Positions 21,007-31,990 of a stretch of DNA of 64,000 nucleotides are shown here, piece by piece. Origin of the DNA: Snodgrassella sp. (GTDB lineage: Bacteria; Pseudomonadota; Gammaproteobacteria; Burkholderiales; Neisseriaceae). Numbering within the stretch: position 1 is the stretch's first letter; the number at the start of each line of letters is the position of its first letter. The stretch covers positions 2,769 through 66,768 of the forward strand of contig JAGGIK010000004.1 of assembly GCA_024103515.1 (NCBI GenBank), read 5' to 3'. The position numbers and the translations under genes are program-made. Under the pieces are notes generated by a model. It had not been told where the DNA came from. It made no database searches and saw only the letters and a list, made by a program, of their open reading frames with translations.

Positions 21007-22350
21007 CTACCTGGCTAAACCAGTTAAAATCGTATTGGCAATCTTTTCAGCAGCACATTGGGCTACCTCCGCTTGCCTTGCTTCTACCATCACCCGTATC
21101 ACTGGTTCCGTACCTGAAGGGCGCAATACCACCCGACCGCTGTCGCCTAGTTCAGCCATTACCTCATCAGCTACCGGATTCGCAATTGTGGCCCAATCCT
21201 GATCTTTATCAATCCTGACATTAATCATTGTTTGAGGTAAAGGCTGCCAGTCGGCCAGAATGCTGGCCAAATCCTGCTGTAAAACCTGCATTGCTGCAAA
21301 AACCTGCAAAGCAGCTATGATACCGTCACCCGTATTATGTTTATCAAGACAAACAATATGACCGGAAGCTTCACCGCCCAAATCCCAGTTACGCTGATGT
21401 AACTGCTCCAGCACGTATCGGTCACCAACCTTAGCACGAACAAAATCAATATTAGCTTGTTTAAAAGCCTGTTCCATAGCCAAATTAGTCATCACTGTGC
21501 CTACTACCCCACCATTGAGCGTGCCGGTATGCGCGCGGGCCTTGGCAATGACATAAATCAGGGAATCACCATCGTAGACCCGACCAATCTTATCAACCAT
21601 CATCAGCCGGTCACCATCTCCATCCAAGGCGATACCATAATCAGCCTCATTTTGCAAAACTGCTGCCTGCAAAGATTTTATATACGTAGCGCCTACCTTA
21701 TGATTTATATTATAGCCATCTGGTTTATCACCAATACAGACTACATCTGCACCTAATTCATGAAACACCTTTGGTGCCACGGCATAGGCCGCACCATTGG
21801 CCGTATCAATCACCAATTTTAGACCGCGCAAATGGAAATGATTAGGAAAAGTTGATTTACAGAATTCAATATATCGATCAACCGCCCCATTAATTCTTCT
21901 GGCTCGTCCTAACTTTGTGGATGGGACCGTTTGCATTGGCTTTTCCAGCTCAGCCTCAATTTCTAGTTCCAGCTCATCACTTAGCTTTATTCCACCTTCA
22001 GCAAAAAATTTAATGCCATTATCGTGAAAAGCATTATGAGAAGCAGAAATCATCACACCACAATCCAGTCGTAATGCTCGCGTTAGATAAGCAACACCAG
22101 GAGTGGGTAAGGGTCCTGTCAATAACACATTTACTCCAGCGGCAGTTAAGCCTGCCTCCATGGCTGCTTCCAGCATATAACCAGAAATACGCGTATCCTT
22201 GCCAACCAAGACTGTAGGCTGATGATCCAGACCATGCTGTACCAGAACATGTCCAGCAGCATAAGCCAGTTTCAGCACAAATTCAGGGGTAATTGGATAT
22301 TGTCCAACTTCACCACGCACACCATCTGTACCGAAATACTTCTTCACCAT
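21007..22350 (-). CDS. glmM: Phosphoglucosamine mutase
   Basis: [29 protein letters not shown] and RPSGTEP motifs. Confidence 0.97.
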   Translation of the reverse strand: MVKKYFGTDGVRGEVGQYPITPEFVLKLAYAAGHVLVQHGLDHQPTVLVGKDTRISGYMLEAAMEAGLTAAGVNVLLTGPLPTPGVAYLTRALRLDCGVMISASHNAFHDNGIKFFAEGGIKLSDELELEIEAELEKPMQTVPSTKLGRARRINGAVDRYIEFCKSTFPNHFHLRGLKLVIDTANGAAYAVAPKVFHELGADVVCIGDKPDGYNINHKVGATYIKSLQAAVLQNEADYGIALDGDGDRLMMVDKIGRVYDGDSLIYVIAKARAHTGTLNGGVVGTVMTNLAMEQAFKQANIDFVRAKVGDRYVLEQLHQRNWDLGGEASGHIVCLDKHNTGDGIIAALQVFAAMQVLQQDLASILADWQPLPQTMINVRIDKDQDWATIANPVADEVMAELGDSGRVVLRPSGTEPVIRVMVEARQAEVAQCAAEKIANTILTGLAR

Positions 22351-22703
22351 TACCCTCTCCAGCTGATTGAGACAAAGTAAACATTGTAAAACAGACAACA
22401 AAGTTCAGTCAGCAAATAAAATACCATTAACCTAATCCTACAATTGCCAAAAAACATTAGAACATTCAATATTTTCATCTATAATAAACAATATATTAGA
22501 TATTACTATTCGGAAATCATATCATAATTTCAACCCTGAAGACCTGTTGTTGTCACTAACAAAACCACATTTATAAATATCTAATAATACATAATAAAAG
22601 AGAGTTTTTTTTAAAAAGGTTTTAATGCCTTGCACCTAGATAAACAGCTTATACGGTTTATCGGCACCTTGTTATGAATGGATCTAAACTGTATTAAAAA
22701 AGA

Positions 22704-23579
22704 TTAAATTAACTTGCCACCCATCTCAGCCCACACCAGTAATCCTTGTCGTGTCTCACGCACATCATGTACACGTACAATGGTTGCACCGCGTGCAACT
22801 GCAGCAATAGCCGCAACAACACTGCCGATAACACGCTGTTGCGGATCATCCTCATGAGTAAGCAAGCCAATCGTTTTCTTACGTGAAATGCCGATCAATG
22901 CAGGACACCCAGCCTGATTTTGCCACTCAGTAAAATGCTGCATCAATGTAATATTATGCTGCATCGTTTTACCAAAACCCAAACCCGGATCAATTATAAT
23001 GCGGCTGCGCTCAATTCCCGCCTGTTCACATACCGCTACCCGTTGCTGCAAATAACGACCGACTTCTTGCACCACATCCTGATAGTCAGGGTTTAAATGC
23101 ATTGATTGGGGCTGCCCTTGCATATGCATCAGACACACACCTATCTGTGAATTTTCTGCCAGTAAAGCCACTGCCTTTTCATCTTCAAGTGCCTGAATAT
23201 CATTGATACCATCAGTCAATCCTTGTTCCAACACTCGTTGCATCACCCAAGTACGACGTGTATCCACAGTCAAAGGCACATCCCATGTCACCAATTCCTG
23301 TAATACAGGTTCAATTCGTGCCCATTCTTGCTGTACTGGAACCAAAGCTGAGCCTGGTCGAGTGCTTTCACCACCAATATCGAGAATATCAGCACCATCT
23401 TTCAGTAATTGTTCCGCATGGCTTAGAGCAGCACCGACAGAATGACAATAGCATCCACCATCAGAAAAAGAATCGGGTGTCAGATTAACGATTCCCATAA
23501 TTTTAGGATGAGCCAATGCCAATTTGAATCGGCCGCATTGCCAATAACGATGCTCATCATCAAGGACAGAATCCATCAT
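22704..23579 (-). CDS. folP: Dihydropteroate synthase
   Basis: MGIVNLTPDSFSDGG, DIGGESTRPG, DPGLGFGK and RVHDV motifs; start uncertain. Confidence 0.95.
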   Translation of the reverse strand: MMDSVLDDEHRYWQCGRFKLALAHPKIMGIVNLTPDSFSDGGCYCHSVGAALSHAEQLLKDGADILDIGGESTRPGSALVPVQQEWARIEPVLQELVTWDVPLTVDTRRTWVMQRVLEQGLTDGINDIQALEDEKAVALLAENSQIGVCLMHMQGQPQSMHLNPDYQDVVQEVGRYLQQRVAVCEQAGIERSRIIIDPGLGFGKTMQHNITLMQHFTEWQNQAGCPALIGISRKKTIGLLTHEDDPQQRVIGSVVAAIAAVARGATIVRVHDVRETRQGLLVWAEMGGKLI

Positions 23580-23807
23580 ATTATCATCATTCACTTGATA
23601 TCTTAACTTATTATGACAATATCTTCTTGCACTATTATATGATTGCAAAAAGAATAAATTCCATTCTATTTTATCAAAGAAATATACTCAGCTTTTAGAA
23701 TGCCATTAAGGAATGTTTAAGTCCGAATGCAATACATGCTGCAATAGATGCCTGATCAAAACATCAATTAAAAATTTCATTCTTTAACAATAAGTGAATT
23801 GATTGCA

Positions 23808-23844
23808 CAAAAAAATAAAGGTAGCCCGTAAGCTACCGTTTATT
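23808..23844 (-). terminator. Terminator downstream of ftsH
   Basis: GGTAGC-CCGTAA-GCTACC stem next to an A-rich run (U tract on minus strand). Confidence 0.55.
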
Positions 23845-23853
23845 CAAGCGCGA

Positions 23854-25872
23854 TCAATTTTGTCCCTTGGGCTCCTGAGTGTCCGGATCTATCACCTTAT
23901 CCCCTGCCGAAGCTACCGCTTCATTATTGGGAGAAGTCGACTCAGTATCCTTGACTGTTGATTCAGCTTCAGAAACAACATTTTGCAGTTGAGTTTCGCC
24001 TGCAAATTGCTCTTGAGCATCATCTTGAATTACATTCTCATCATATGCTTTTGGAGGACTTGGTTGCTTACCAGCCATAATTTCCAGCACCTGATCACGG
24101 TCAATAGTTTCCCATTCAATTAAAGCATTGGCCATGGTATGCATCTTATCGCGATTCTCATCCAGAATCTTATACGCAATTTCATACTGTTCATCCAGAA
24201 TGCGACGTACTTCAGCATCAACCTCCTGCATGGTCTTCTCAGAAATATTTTTTGACTGTGTAACAGAGCGACCTAAAAATACTTCACTCTCATTTTCACC
24301 ATATACTACTGGTCCCATTTTTTCTGACATACCATAGCGGGTAACCATGTCACGAGCTAATTGCGTAGCGCGTTCAAAGTCATTGGATGCGCCAGTGGAC
24401 ACTCGTCCAATAAACAATTGCTCAGCAATCCGACCTCCAAAAAGAATAGAAATCTGATTGAGCATTTGATCCTGATACATACTAATACGATCCCGTTCCG
24501 GCAATTGCCAAGTCAAGCCCAGCGCCCGCCCACGTGGCATTATCGTAACTTTGTGCACAGGATCTGTAAAATCAAGCGTTTCTGCAACCACGGCATGACC
24601 CGATTCATGATAAGCAGTGGCTTTTTTCTCATCCTCATGCATTACCATAGAACGGTGCTCCGGTCCCATATAGATTTTGTCTTTCGCGTCCTCGAAGTCA
24701 CCCATATCAACTTTGGATTTATTGCGACGACCAGCAAATAAAGCTGCTTCATTCACTAAATTAGCCAGATCTGCACCCGAGAATCCGGGCGTTCCCCGTG
24801 CTAGTACAGGTAGGTCTACCGATTTATCCAGTGGAATTTTTGCAGCATGAACTTTTAATATCTGTTCACGACCACGAATGTCTGGCAATGGCACTACTAC
24901 TTGACGATCAAAGCGTCCTGGACGCATCAATGCCGGATCAAGCACATCAGGACGGTTCGTTGCTGCAATAACAATCACCGTAGTGTTGCTTTCAAAACCA
25001 TCCATTTCAACCAACAACTGATTCAAAGTCTGTTCTCGTTCGTCATTTCCACCGCCAAGACCAGCTCCGCGCTGACGACCAACTGCATCAATCTCATCAA
25101 TAAAAATAATACAAGGTGCATTTTTTCTCGCCTGTTCAAACATATCGCGTACACGAGCAGCACCAACTCCGACAAACATTTCTAGAAAATCAGAACCAGA
25201 AATACTGAAAAATGGTACCTGTGCCTCACCAGCAATTGCTCTTGCCAGCAGTGTTTTACCCGTACCTGGACTACCGCACATCAAAATACCACGAGGCACA
25301 CGACCACCTAATGACTGATACCGTTGCGGAGCGCGCAGATACTCAACAATTTCTTGTACTTCTTCCTTAGCTTCATCACAACCAGCAACATCTGCAAAAG
25401 TGATTTTATTGCTGTCCTTATCCATCAGCCGAGCACGACTTTTCCCGAATGATAGTGCACCACCCTTACCTCCATTTTGCATGGAGCGCATAAAATACAT
25501 AAATACGGCTACCACTAATAATAATGGCAACATGCTAATTAGAAGGTTACTTAAAAATCCCGGTTTCTTTTCGGGTATCACATTAACACGAATTTTTTTC
25601 GCTAGTAGCGTACTGATAAAATTGGATTCCAAAGGAGTCGGCGCATTCACAACAAATGCAGATTTATCACTACGTTGGCCTTCAAGCACAAAGCCATTAA
25701 CCAGCGAACCCTGAACATTCACACTGGCAATTTCGCCTTTATCTACTTGTTGCATAAACTGTGAATATTCTATTTGCTTGTTATCTTTTTTCGTACTAAT
25801 TGCATTGAATGCAGCCATACAGAACACAGCCAGCACCAATATGCCCAAAAGATTTTTTACGGTATTCCGCAC
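23854..25872 (-). CDS. ftsH: ATP-dependent zinc metalloprotease FtsH
   Basis: Two TM helices, [20 protein letters not shown] and HESGH motifs; AGGAG RBS, GTG start at 25872 or 25878. Confidence 0.98.
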   Translation of the reverse strand: MRNTVKNLLGILVLAVFCMAAFNAISTKKDNKQIEYSQFMQQVDKGEIASVNVQGSLVNGFVLEGQRSDKSAFVVNAPTPLESNFISTLLAKKIRVNVIPEKKPGFLSNLLISMLPLLLVVAVFMYFMRSMQNGGKGGALSFGKSRARLMDKDSNKITFADVAGCDEAKEEVQEIVEYLRAPQRYQSLGGRVPRGILMCGSPGTGKTLLARAIAGEAQVPFFSISGSDFLEMFVGVGAARVRDMFEQARKNAPCIIFIDEIDAVGRQRGAGLGGGNDEREQTLNQLLVEMDGFESNTTVIVIAATNRPDVLDPALMRPGRFDRQVVVPLPDIRGREQILKVHAAKIPLDKSVDLPVLARGTPGFSGADLANLVNEAALFAGRRNKSKVDMGDFEDAKDKIYMGPEHRSMVMHEDEKKATAYHESGHAVVAETLDFTDPVHKVTIMPRGRALGLTWQLPERDRISMYQDQMLNQISILFGGRIAEQLFIGRVSTGASNDFERATQLARDMVTRYGMSEKMGPVVYGENESEVFLGRSVTQSKNISEKTMQEVDAEVRRILDEQYEIAYKILDENRDKMHTMANALIEWETIDRDQVLEIMAGKQPSPPKAYDENVIQDDAQEQFAGETQLQNVVSEAESTVKDTESTSPNNEAVASAGDKVIDPDTQEPKGQN

Positions 25873-25956
25873 TATCACAAACTCCTAAGGAGGTTAAATA
25901 ATTGTTGTTTACCTAGGTCAACCAATACAATCTCATCTAACTACACTGGTTTATCC

Positions 25957-26577
25957 CTATTTTTTTCCACGTCCCAATAAATAAATCTCTTTGGAACGAT
26001 CACGAGAAGCTTTCGGCTTACGGACAAGCACCTGAGCAAAACTATTCTTCATCGCTTGCTGAAACTCATCCTGACCGACACCCTGAAATATTTTTACCAG
26101 AAAATCGCCACCACGCTTCAGATGTACCTGAGCAAAATCTAGACCAAGCTCAGCAAGATAAAAGCTTCTAGCTTGATCAGTTATGTTATTGCCTGACATA
26201 TTGGGTGCCATGTCGCAAATTACAAGATCTAATTCGCACCCAGCTAATAAAGCTTCAAATTGTATCAGCACATCATTCTCACGAAAATCACCCTGAATAA
26301 ATTCTACCCCTTCCACTGGATCCATCGGCAAAATATCTAAGGCAAAAACACGACCTTCACTACCAACTAGTTTGGCAGCTACCTGCGACCAGCTTCCTGG
26401 TGCACTACCGAGATCGGCCACCACAGCACCAGATTTGATCACATGATCTTTATCATTAATTTCCAGTAACTTGTAAGCTGCACGCGCACGATAGCCTTCT
26501 TTTTGCGCGAGATGAACATAATGATCGTTGACATGTTCATTGAGCCATGCACTGGAAGATTTGGAACGAACACCCAT
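25957..26577 (-). CDS. rlmE: 23S rRNA Um2552 methyltransferase (FtsJ/RrmJ)
   Basis: [29 protein letters not shown] and KPKASR motifs; upstream of ftsH. Confidence 0.96.
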   Translation of the reverse strand: MGVRSKSSSAWLNEHVNDHYVHLAQKEGYRARAAYKLLEINDKDHVIKSGAVVADLGSAPGSWSQVAAKLVGSEGRVFALDILPMDPVEGVEFIQGDFRENDVLIQFEALLAGCELDLVICDMAPNMSGNNITDQARSFYLAELGLDFAQVHLKRGGDFLVKIFQGVGQDEFQQAMKNSFAQVLVRKPKASRDRSKEIYLLGRGKK

Positions 26578-27056
26578 GAATACGAATTCTTGAAAAAATC
26601 GCTCTATTGTAGCGTGAAATCGCAAGAGAATATAGACTTTATCGACTACAAATAAGATTATATAACCAAAGCCAGCCATATTTCAGATTGATTCATTTGC
26701 AGTCACATAATAGGAAAAAATAGAGAAAAAATTTTAGCTTAGAACCTATTGATACCGTACAAAGCCTGTCGCCAACAGTGTACTTTATACCAACCACCTA
26801 ATAGCATAAATATTATTGAGAATATTCAGACGACACAATATCTATTTTCATATACTATAAATAATTGTATTCGCACCTTTACAACAACACCTTCACTACC
26901 CTAATTTATACCTAGTACTTAAAAATAGCGTAAATATGAAATTAACCAATCAATATTGTCATTGCTGCAGCTACCATCAAATAAGTATTTAGGATTAAAT
27001 AATCCGACTGACAGTATCAGCAATCCACCAAAAATAATATATTCTAATACACGATA

Positions 27057-27926
27057 TGTAAGCAATTATCGTGTAGTTAACAGTAAATAAAGAAACTATT
27101 GTCATAAATCGACATAAAAAATTTAATTTAACACCTCTTCTCCAATAAGTGACTTGACGGTTACTCCATGGCGAATATATACCCCATCATTGTTTTGGCC
27201 AAACGTTGCTGGTCATTCGACCAGTCATTTATAACGTACTAATCAACGCCAGATTGAAGCTATAGATTGTCCCAACTTGATATGAAAGTACGCTATGAAA
27301 TTTTTCGCTATGTCGTCGAATATCTGGTAAAAAACCGAATAAATAAGTGAAGATAAATTAAGGCGACAAGCTAGGCAAGATAATGCAAGCTATCCAGACA
27401 TAACGTATATAGATACCAAAATATTAAGCATTTATCTTTACTTAAAGGCGAATCAAAGCAGTAAAGCAACGAGTAATTGTTAGTTAGGATTAATGATTTC
27501 CCACGGGCATGATTTACGAGTAATTACCTGCATAACCCCAGTTTAGCTTAGCACCATAACCACTCAATAGTATATTGACCCAATGTCCTTATATCATAGA
27601 TAAATGTATTTATTCAGATAATAAATATGAATATGAAGGAACACAGCAACATTAATTTGTTAAAACGTATTATGAGTATCGAATCAATCAGAAATTAACC
27701 AAACCTACTTAGCCACAGTCGAGTAGCAATGCAGGAAGGAGAATACGGATTTTAATGCCGATGTAGCATGATCCACAGATGTCTCAGCATTCAAAAGTCA
27801 AAAGTTAAAAGACAGAAGAAGCAGCTTAAACAGTGTATTATTTACTGCTGCACCATTAAAACACATAAAGCATTTTTGCAAGATGATTTCAATTATGGAG
27901 TGTAAATAACCCGATGTACGCCAACA
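27057..27926 (+). mobile_element. Degenerate near-full-length IS481-family insertion sequence (pseudogene)
   Basis: Plus-strand fragments HKKFNLTP, IYNVLINARLKL, KLRRQARQDNASYPD..IDTK, LSLLKGE, INDFPR, QCPYIIDKCIYSDN, YEYRINQKLT and RIRILMPM are collinear with the IS481 transposase; many stops and frameshifts; 26-bp TGTAA...ACA ends. Confidence 0.8.
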
Positions 27927-28090
27927 CATAATGCATTATTTTCCTTATATGCTGCAAAACTAAACCAGATTTAGTCATAATTAAGCATAAACAGATTGAT
28001 ATTTACTATAAAAATTGTTCTACGTCATTTAAAATAGTTTATTTGAATCGAACCAATTATCCTTTTATCAAGGTAAAAGGCTCAAGTAAT

Positions 28091-28390
28091 ATGGAAAGAA
28101 AAATGGCACTAAATAAATTAAGCAGTAAAGATAAAATGGCCTTAAAAGCACGCGCGCACAAATTACATGCTGTAGTATTGATCGGTCAGCACGGATTGAC
28201 TCCTGAAATCGTTAATGAAACCAATCGCAATCTGGATGCACACGAACTAATAAAAGTTCAAGTAGCTGGGGATGATCGCGACCAACGAATCGCCATTGCA
28301 GAAGAATTATGCACTGCCACCAATGCTGAACTAATTCAACATATTGGTAAACAATTGATTTTATTTCGGTACAATACTAACATAGAATAA
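28091..28390 (+). CDS. yhbY: YhbY (CRM domain) ribosome assembly RNA-binding protein
   Basis: LKARAHKL, IGQHGLT, HELIKV and QHIGKQLILFR motifs; usual rlmE-yhbY-greA synteny; start 28091 or 28103. Confidence 0.93.
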   Translation: MERKMALNKLSSKDKMALKARAHKLHAVVLIGQHGLTPEIVNETNRNLDAHELIKVQVAGDDRDQRIAIAEELCTATNAELIQHIGKQLILFRYNTNIE

Positions 28391-28428
28391 ATAAAAGCGA
28401 TTCATCTGATGAATCGCTTTTATTTATT
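28386..28428. terminator. Bidirectional terminator between yhbY and greA
   Basis: Perfect long inverted repeat AATAAATAAAAGCGATTCAT-CTG-ATGAATCGCTTTTATTTATT. Confidence 0.8.
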
Positions 28429-28472
28429 TTGCATGGCTGATTGCTGATCAAGCAGGAATGGTAAGCAGTTAG

Positions 28473-28952
28473 TTAAATATAAAATACCTCAAGAATTTCA
28501 TATTCACGTACACCACCCGGCGCCTGCACTTCAGCAACATCCCCTTCTTCTTTACCAATTAGCGCCCGCGCTATTGGCGAACCTACAAAAATTTTAGCCT
28601 GTTTGATATCAGCCTCATCCTCACCAACTATCTGATAACTAACCACTTCTTCAGTTTCCAGATCTTGCATTTTTACCGTCGCACCAAATACCACTTTACC
28701 ATCGGCATTGGTTTCTTTCGGATCAATAATGTGAGCCAACGAGAGTTTGTGTTCAATTTCAGCAATACGGCCTTCAATAAAGCCCTGCTTTTCCTTTGCT
28801 GCTTCGTATTCTGCATTTTCCGACAGATCGCCATGCGAACGTGCTTCAGCAATAGCCTCAATGACAGCAGGACGAGCCACGCTTTTGAGTTGTTGCAGCT
28901 CCTGTTTCAGCAAATCGGCACCAAATACGGTCAACGGAATTTTTTGCATCAT
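28473..28952 (-). CDS. greA: Transcription elongation factor GreA
   Basis: [25 protein letters not shown] and SPIARAL motifs; GGAGA RBS before ATG 28952/28949. Confidence 0.97.
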   Translation of the reverse strand: MMQKIPLTVFGADLLKQELQQLKSVARPAVIEAIAEARSHGDLSENAEYEAAKEKQGFIEGRIAEIEHKLSLAHIIDPKETNADGKVVFGATVKMQDLETEEVVSYQIVGEDEADIKQAKIFVGSPIARALIGKEEGDVAEVQAPGGVREYEILEVFYI

Positions 28953-29001
28953 ATTTCTCCAAGATACCGTCGTTGAATGCGCCAACGGTATTTCGTATTA
29001 A

Positions 29002-29039
29002 TAACAAAAAGCAAGCCGCCCGTTGTTTTGGCGGCTTGC
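29002..29039 (-). terminator. Intrinsic terminator (attenuator-like) in the greA 5' leader
   Basis: Minus strand GCAAGCCGCC-AAAACAACG-GGCGGCTTGC-TTTTTGTTA, about 50 nt upstream of the greA start. Confidence 0.75.
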
Positions 29040-29056
29040 GCAGTTCCATAGATGCT

Positions 29057-29084
29057 ATTTTAACAGACCAGTTGAAATTAGCAA
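29057..29084 (-). promoter_or_regulatory. Candidate sigma70 promoter of greA
   Basis: Minus strand TTGCTA-16 bp-TAAAAT with an extended -10 TG. Confidence 0.55.
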
Positions 29085-29223
29085 AGATTATTATGATCAT
29101 AAATTTCATTAATCAAGAATCTATTATGTTAACATAATAGTTAAAATTATTCATTTGCCCATACTAGGTGCATTAATCAAAATCAACGCACCTATGGTTT
29201 CTTTTATAAATCAGTAAAAACTA

Positions 29224-30399
29224 TATAACACCCTCACCCCTAAACGAATTCAACCAAAAGTAGAAAATTCTCAATTTTTAAAAACAAAAGACGATTTAAT
29301 CATGAAACCAATACCACTGTATCAATTCGTACCTATGTTTAAAAGAAGTGTAAGGCTGTACCTTATCAAAAAATTTTACCGTGAATATATTTTATTAATG
29401 GCGAGAAAAGACAACGGTATGGAAACCGTCGATAACAAACATCTAAATGAATAGGAAGCCAACAATCGACAACTTCAACCACTATTTCTGAACATAGCTC
29501 AAAATCACTGCTTCAGGAGGAGATCATACCAACGCCAGTGCCTACCCAGAGAGGTAAAAAAGCTTATGCCGAGGAATTACAATCAACTAAACATATCCAA
29601 GGACCATAAGTTGCATTATTACGGTTTTGTCAGTTATGCTTATTACTATAATTAAGCTCAGCAGGCGTATGACGCGAAGTTTATTTCAATACTTAATGTC
29701 ATCACCAACAAACATTTAGATGGGACTTACCTAAGTGTTTTAATCGTATTCGAAAGCTTGGTTATCAGTGGCATCATAAATGTTTTTATTGAGTATATTG
29801 TCAATTACCGCTTAATCTTAGAGTCGAACACAAGCAATAAATTCCACCACGCACCTCAGAAAAGCTAGCGGTATCGAATAAGCTGGGCAAATACTGGTCG
29901 ATGAACCTTATGTGTGGCTATAGTCACAATCAATAACGCTTTAGAATATTTAATATAATCGATGACGTTAATTATAAAACTCAGGTATTGATATTGCGGT
30001 TATTTATCATTGGGTAGAATTATCCTGCTATTTGGACCAGCCAGTTGAATATCAAGGTTAGCCACGAAAAATACGCGTAGATAATGGCACCGAATTTACT
30101 GGAAAATCTTAACCAACTGAGTAAAATCACATGGTATAACCATTGATTACATTTAACCTAAAATTATATATGTAAACAACTATAATGGATAATTTAATAA
30201 ATAATTATCAATAAAAATACTGAAATAATATTTTTTAATAATTCGAAACAAGCAAAGTAGCCAAAAAATCGGCTAACGATTTATAACCCTGGTAGCCCCT
30301 AGTAAATATCAAATAAATATGACGCTCATTGGATAAAAAAATGGAAACAAGCCGCACCTTTTTCTACGTTCATTATCTATGAACTATGGGCAATTTATA
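29224..30399 (+). mobile_element. Degenerate near-full-length IS3-family (IS407-group-like) element (pseudogene)
   Basis: OrfA-like WREK..GMETVDNKHLNE*EANNRQL; OrfB-like PKCFNRIRKLGY, YWSMN, RFRIFNIIDD, KIRVDNGTEFT, HGITIDYI*P and IYNP; left end shares AAAAGTAG.AAATTCTC with the copy ending at 4611; boundaries approximate. Confidence 0.82.
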
Positions 30400-30451
30400 A
30401 TTATCAATCTAAAATCAGATTATTATCTATGTTTTTAATCAAATCAAACAA

Positions 30452-30484
30452 AAACCCTTCAAATAAAGAGATATTGAAGGGTTT
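30452..30484 (-). terminator. Terminator downstream of ssb
   Basis: AAACCCTTCAA...TTGAAGGGTTT inverted repeat with an A tract on the left. Confidence 0.6.
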
Positions 30485-30556
30485 AATATTATAAGACATG
30501 TATTAGAGAAAAATAAACTTCTGACTAATTAATAAATAGCATCAATACAAAGGAAT

Positions 30557-31081
30557 TCAGAATGGAATATCATCATCAATATCATCCACTGGCGCCGGTG
30601 ATGGTGCTGTACGTGGTGGCTGACGACGCGGAGCCGACGGTGGCGTACTTGAGGCCGCCGCCGCAACATCATAGTTTCCTTGATTTGAATTACCGCCTTG
30701 AGCGAATTCACCGCCCCCACTCATCTGATCATATCCGGTACCGCCATTATCATTGCGGCCACCGAGCATTTTCATTTCATTACCAATGATGTCATAAGCA
30801 ATTCGTTCAATTCCATCTTTGCCATTGTATTTCCGGCTCTGAATACGGCCTTCAATGAATACCTGACTGCCTTTGCGCAGGTATTGGCTGGCAATTTCAC
30901 CTAGTTTGCCAAAGAGGGTGATGTTGTGCCATTCGGTTCGTGTTTGACGCTCACCATTACGATCACGCCATTGCTCATCGGTAGCAATAGAAAAATTGGT
31001 TACTGCATCGCCGCTGGGCATATATCGTGTCTCGGGGTCACGACCCAGACGACCAACTAAGATGACTTTATTAACAGACAT
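30557..31081 (-). CDS. ssb: Single-stranded DNA-binding protein
   Basis: [19 protein letters not shown], Gly/Pro-rich linker and DDDIPF tail. Confidence 0.98.
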   Translation of the reverse strand: MSVNKVILVGRLGRDPETRYMPSGDAVTNFSIATDEQWRDRNGERQTRTEWHNITLFGKLGEIASQYLRKGSQVFIEGRIQSRKYNGKDGIERIAYDIIGNEMKMLGGRNDNGGTGYDQMSGGGEFAQGGNSNQGNYDVAAAASSTPPSAPRRQPPRTAPSPAPVDDIDDDIPF

Positions 31082-31155
31082 GGTGGTTCCTATTTGGGTT
31101 TGGGCTGTTTTGACGAGCAGCCTATGTTAAAAACTTGTATTTCACTAAAAACTGA

Positions 31156-31794
31156 TTATGTCCATTGCCAATGCTTTTTCCAGGCTCCGATAACAGCATC
31201 AGAATAAGTGGTACGTCCTAGACTGCCATTATAACGCGCCAAGGCGCGAACCATATTACCATTCTCGCGGTTACGGTAATATCGCAAAATAGTGCAGCCA
31301 TAACGTAAATTAGTGCGAATATCAAATAAATTATGTTCCGAACGACCTATTTGTCTGACCCAGAACGGCATAACCTGCATTAACCCCCGTGCACCTACAT
31401 GAGAAATAGCATATTGGCGGAAGCGGCTTTCTACTTCGATCAAACCAAGTACAACTTGTGTATCCAGCCCAGCCCGCATAGCCTCATACTGAATATTAGT
31501 AAGTAAACGTGTTCGTCCGTAAACGTCTGGCACATAGCGCTCAAGTCGAGATGACATAGCATGTAACCAGCGATTAGCTTCTGTTTGTGAATTAAAGATC
31601 AGTCGAGGTGGATTGGCGTTACTCACAGCATTACGCATTACTGACGCGACATCATCCGCCAGTGTCTCTTCACGTTGGGCTCCAGCTAATACTGATTTTG
31701 GCCACATCGCCCCTATTACGATTGCACTGCCACACATTAGTATTCTACGTCGAGGCACGTTTCTGATCTTAGGCTGTATATAATTTGTTTTCAT
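31156..31794 (-). CDS. ltgB: SLT-domain lytic transglycosylase (Neisseria LtgB-like)
   Basis: IEVESRF, GARGLMQVMP and ALARYNG motifs; GAQREETLADDVASVM N-terminal region resembles LtgB as I recall it. Confidence 0.85.
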   Translation of the reverse strand: MKTNYIQPKIRNVPRRRILMCGSAIVIGAMWPKSVLAGAQREETLADDVASVMRNAVSNANPPRLIFNSQTEANRWLHAMSSRLERYVPDVYGRTRLLTNIQYEAMRAGLDTQVVLGLIEVESRFRQYAISHVGARGLMQVMPFWVRQIGRSEHNLFDIRTNLRYGCTILRYYRNRENGNMVRALARYNGSLGRTTYSDAVIGAWKKHWQWT

Positions 31795-31944
31795 TCAGAA
31801 AAATTCAATTTATCTGTAGTGATCACTAATTCCATATAAAATGGTATCTATTTAAATTGCATTGATAAAAATTAAAAAAACATGCGCAGAAGGGATATTA
31901 CTCAAGTCTAATACATATTTTAACATAGTAACCAATTTACAGAA

Positions 31945-31970
31945 AAAGTCTATGTGAAATACATAGACTT
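31945..31970 (-). terminator. Terminator at the end of the mla operon
   Basis: AAAGTCTATGT-GAAAT-ACATAGACTTT. Confidence 0.6.
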
Positions 31971-31990
31971 TGATTTAAAAGAAATAAGAT

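Noticed and set aside
22351-22703. About 350-bp AT-rich spacer between folP and glmM
   Set aside because: No ORF, repeat, IS similarity or stable structure that I could support
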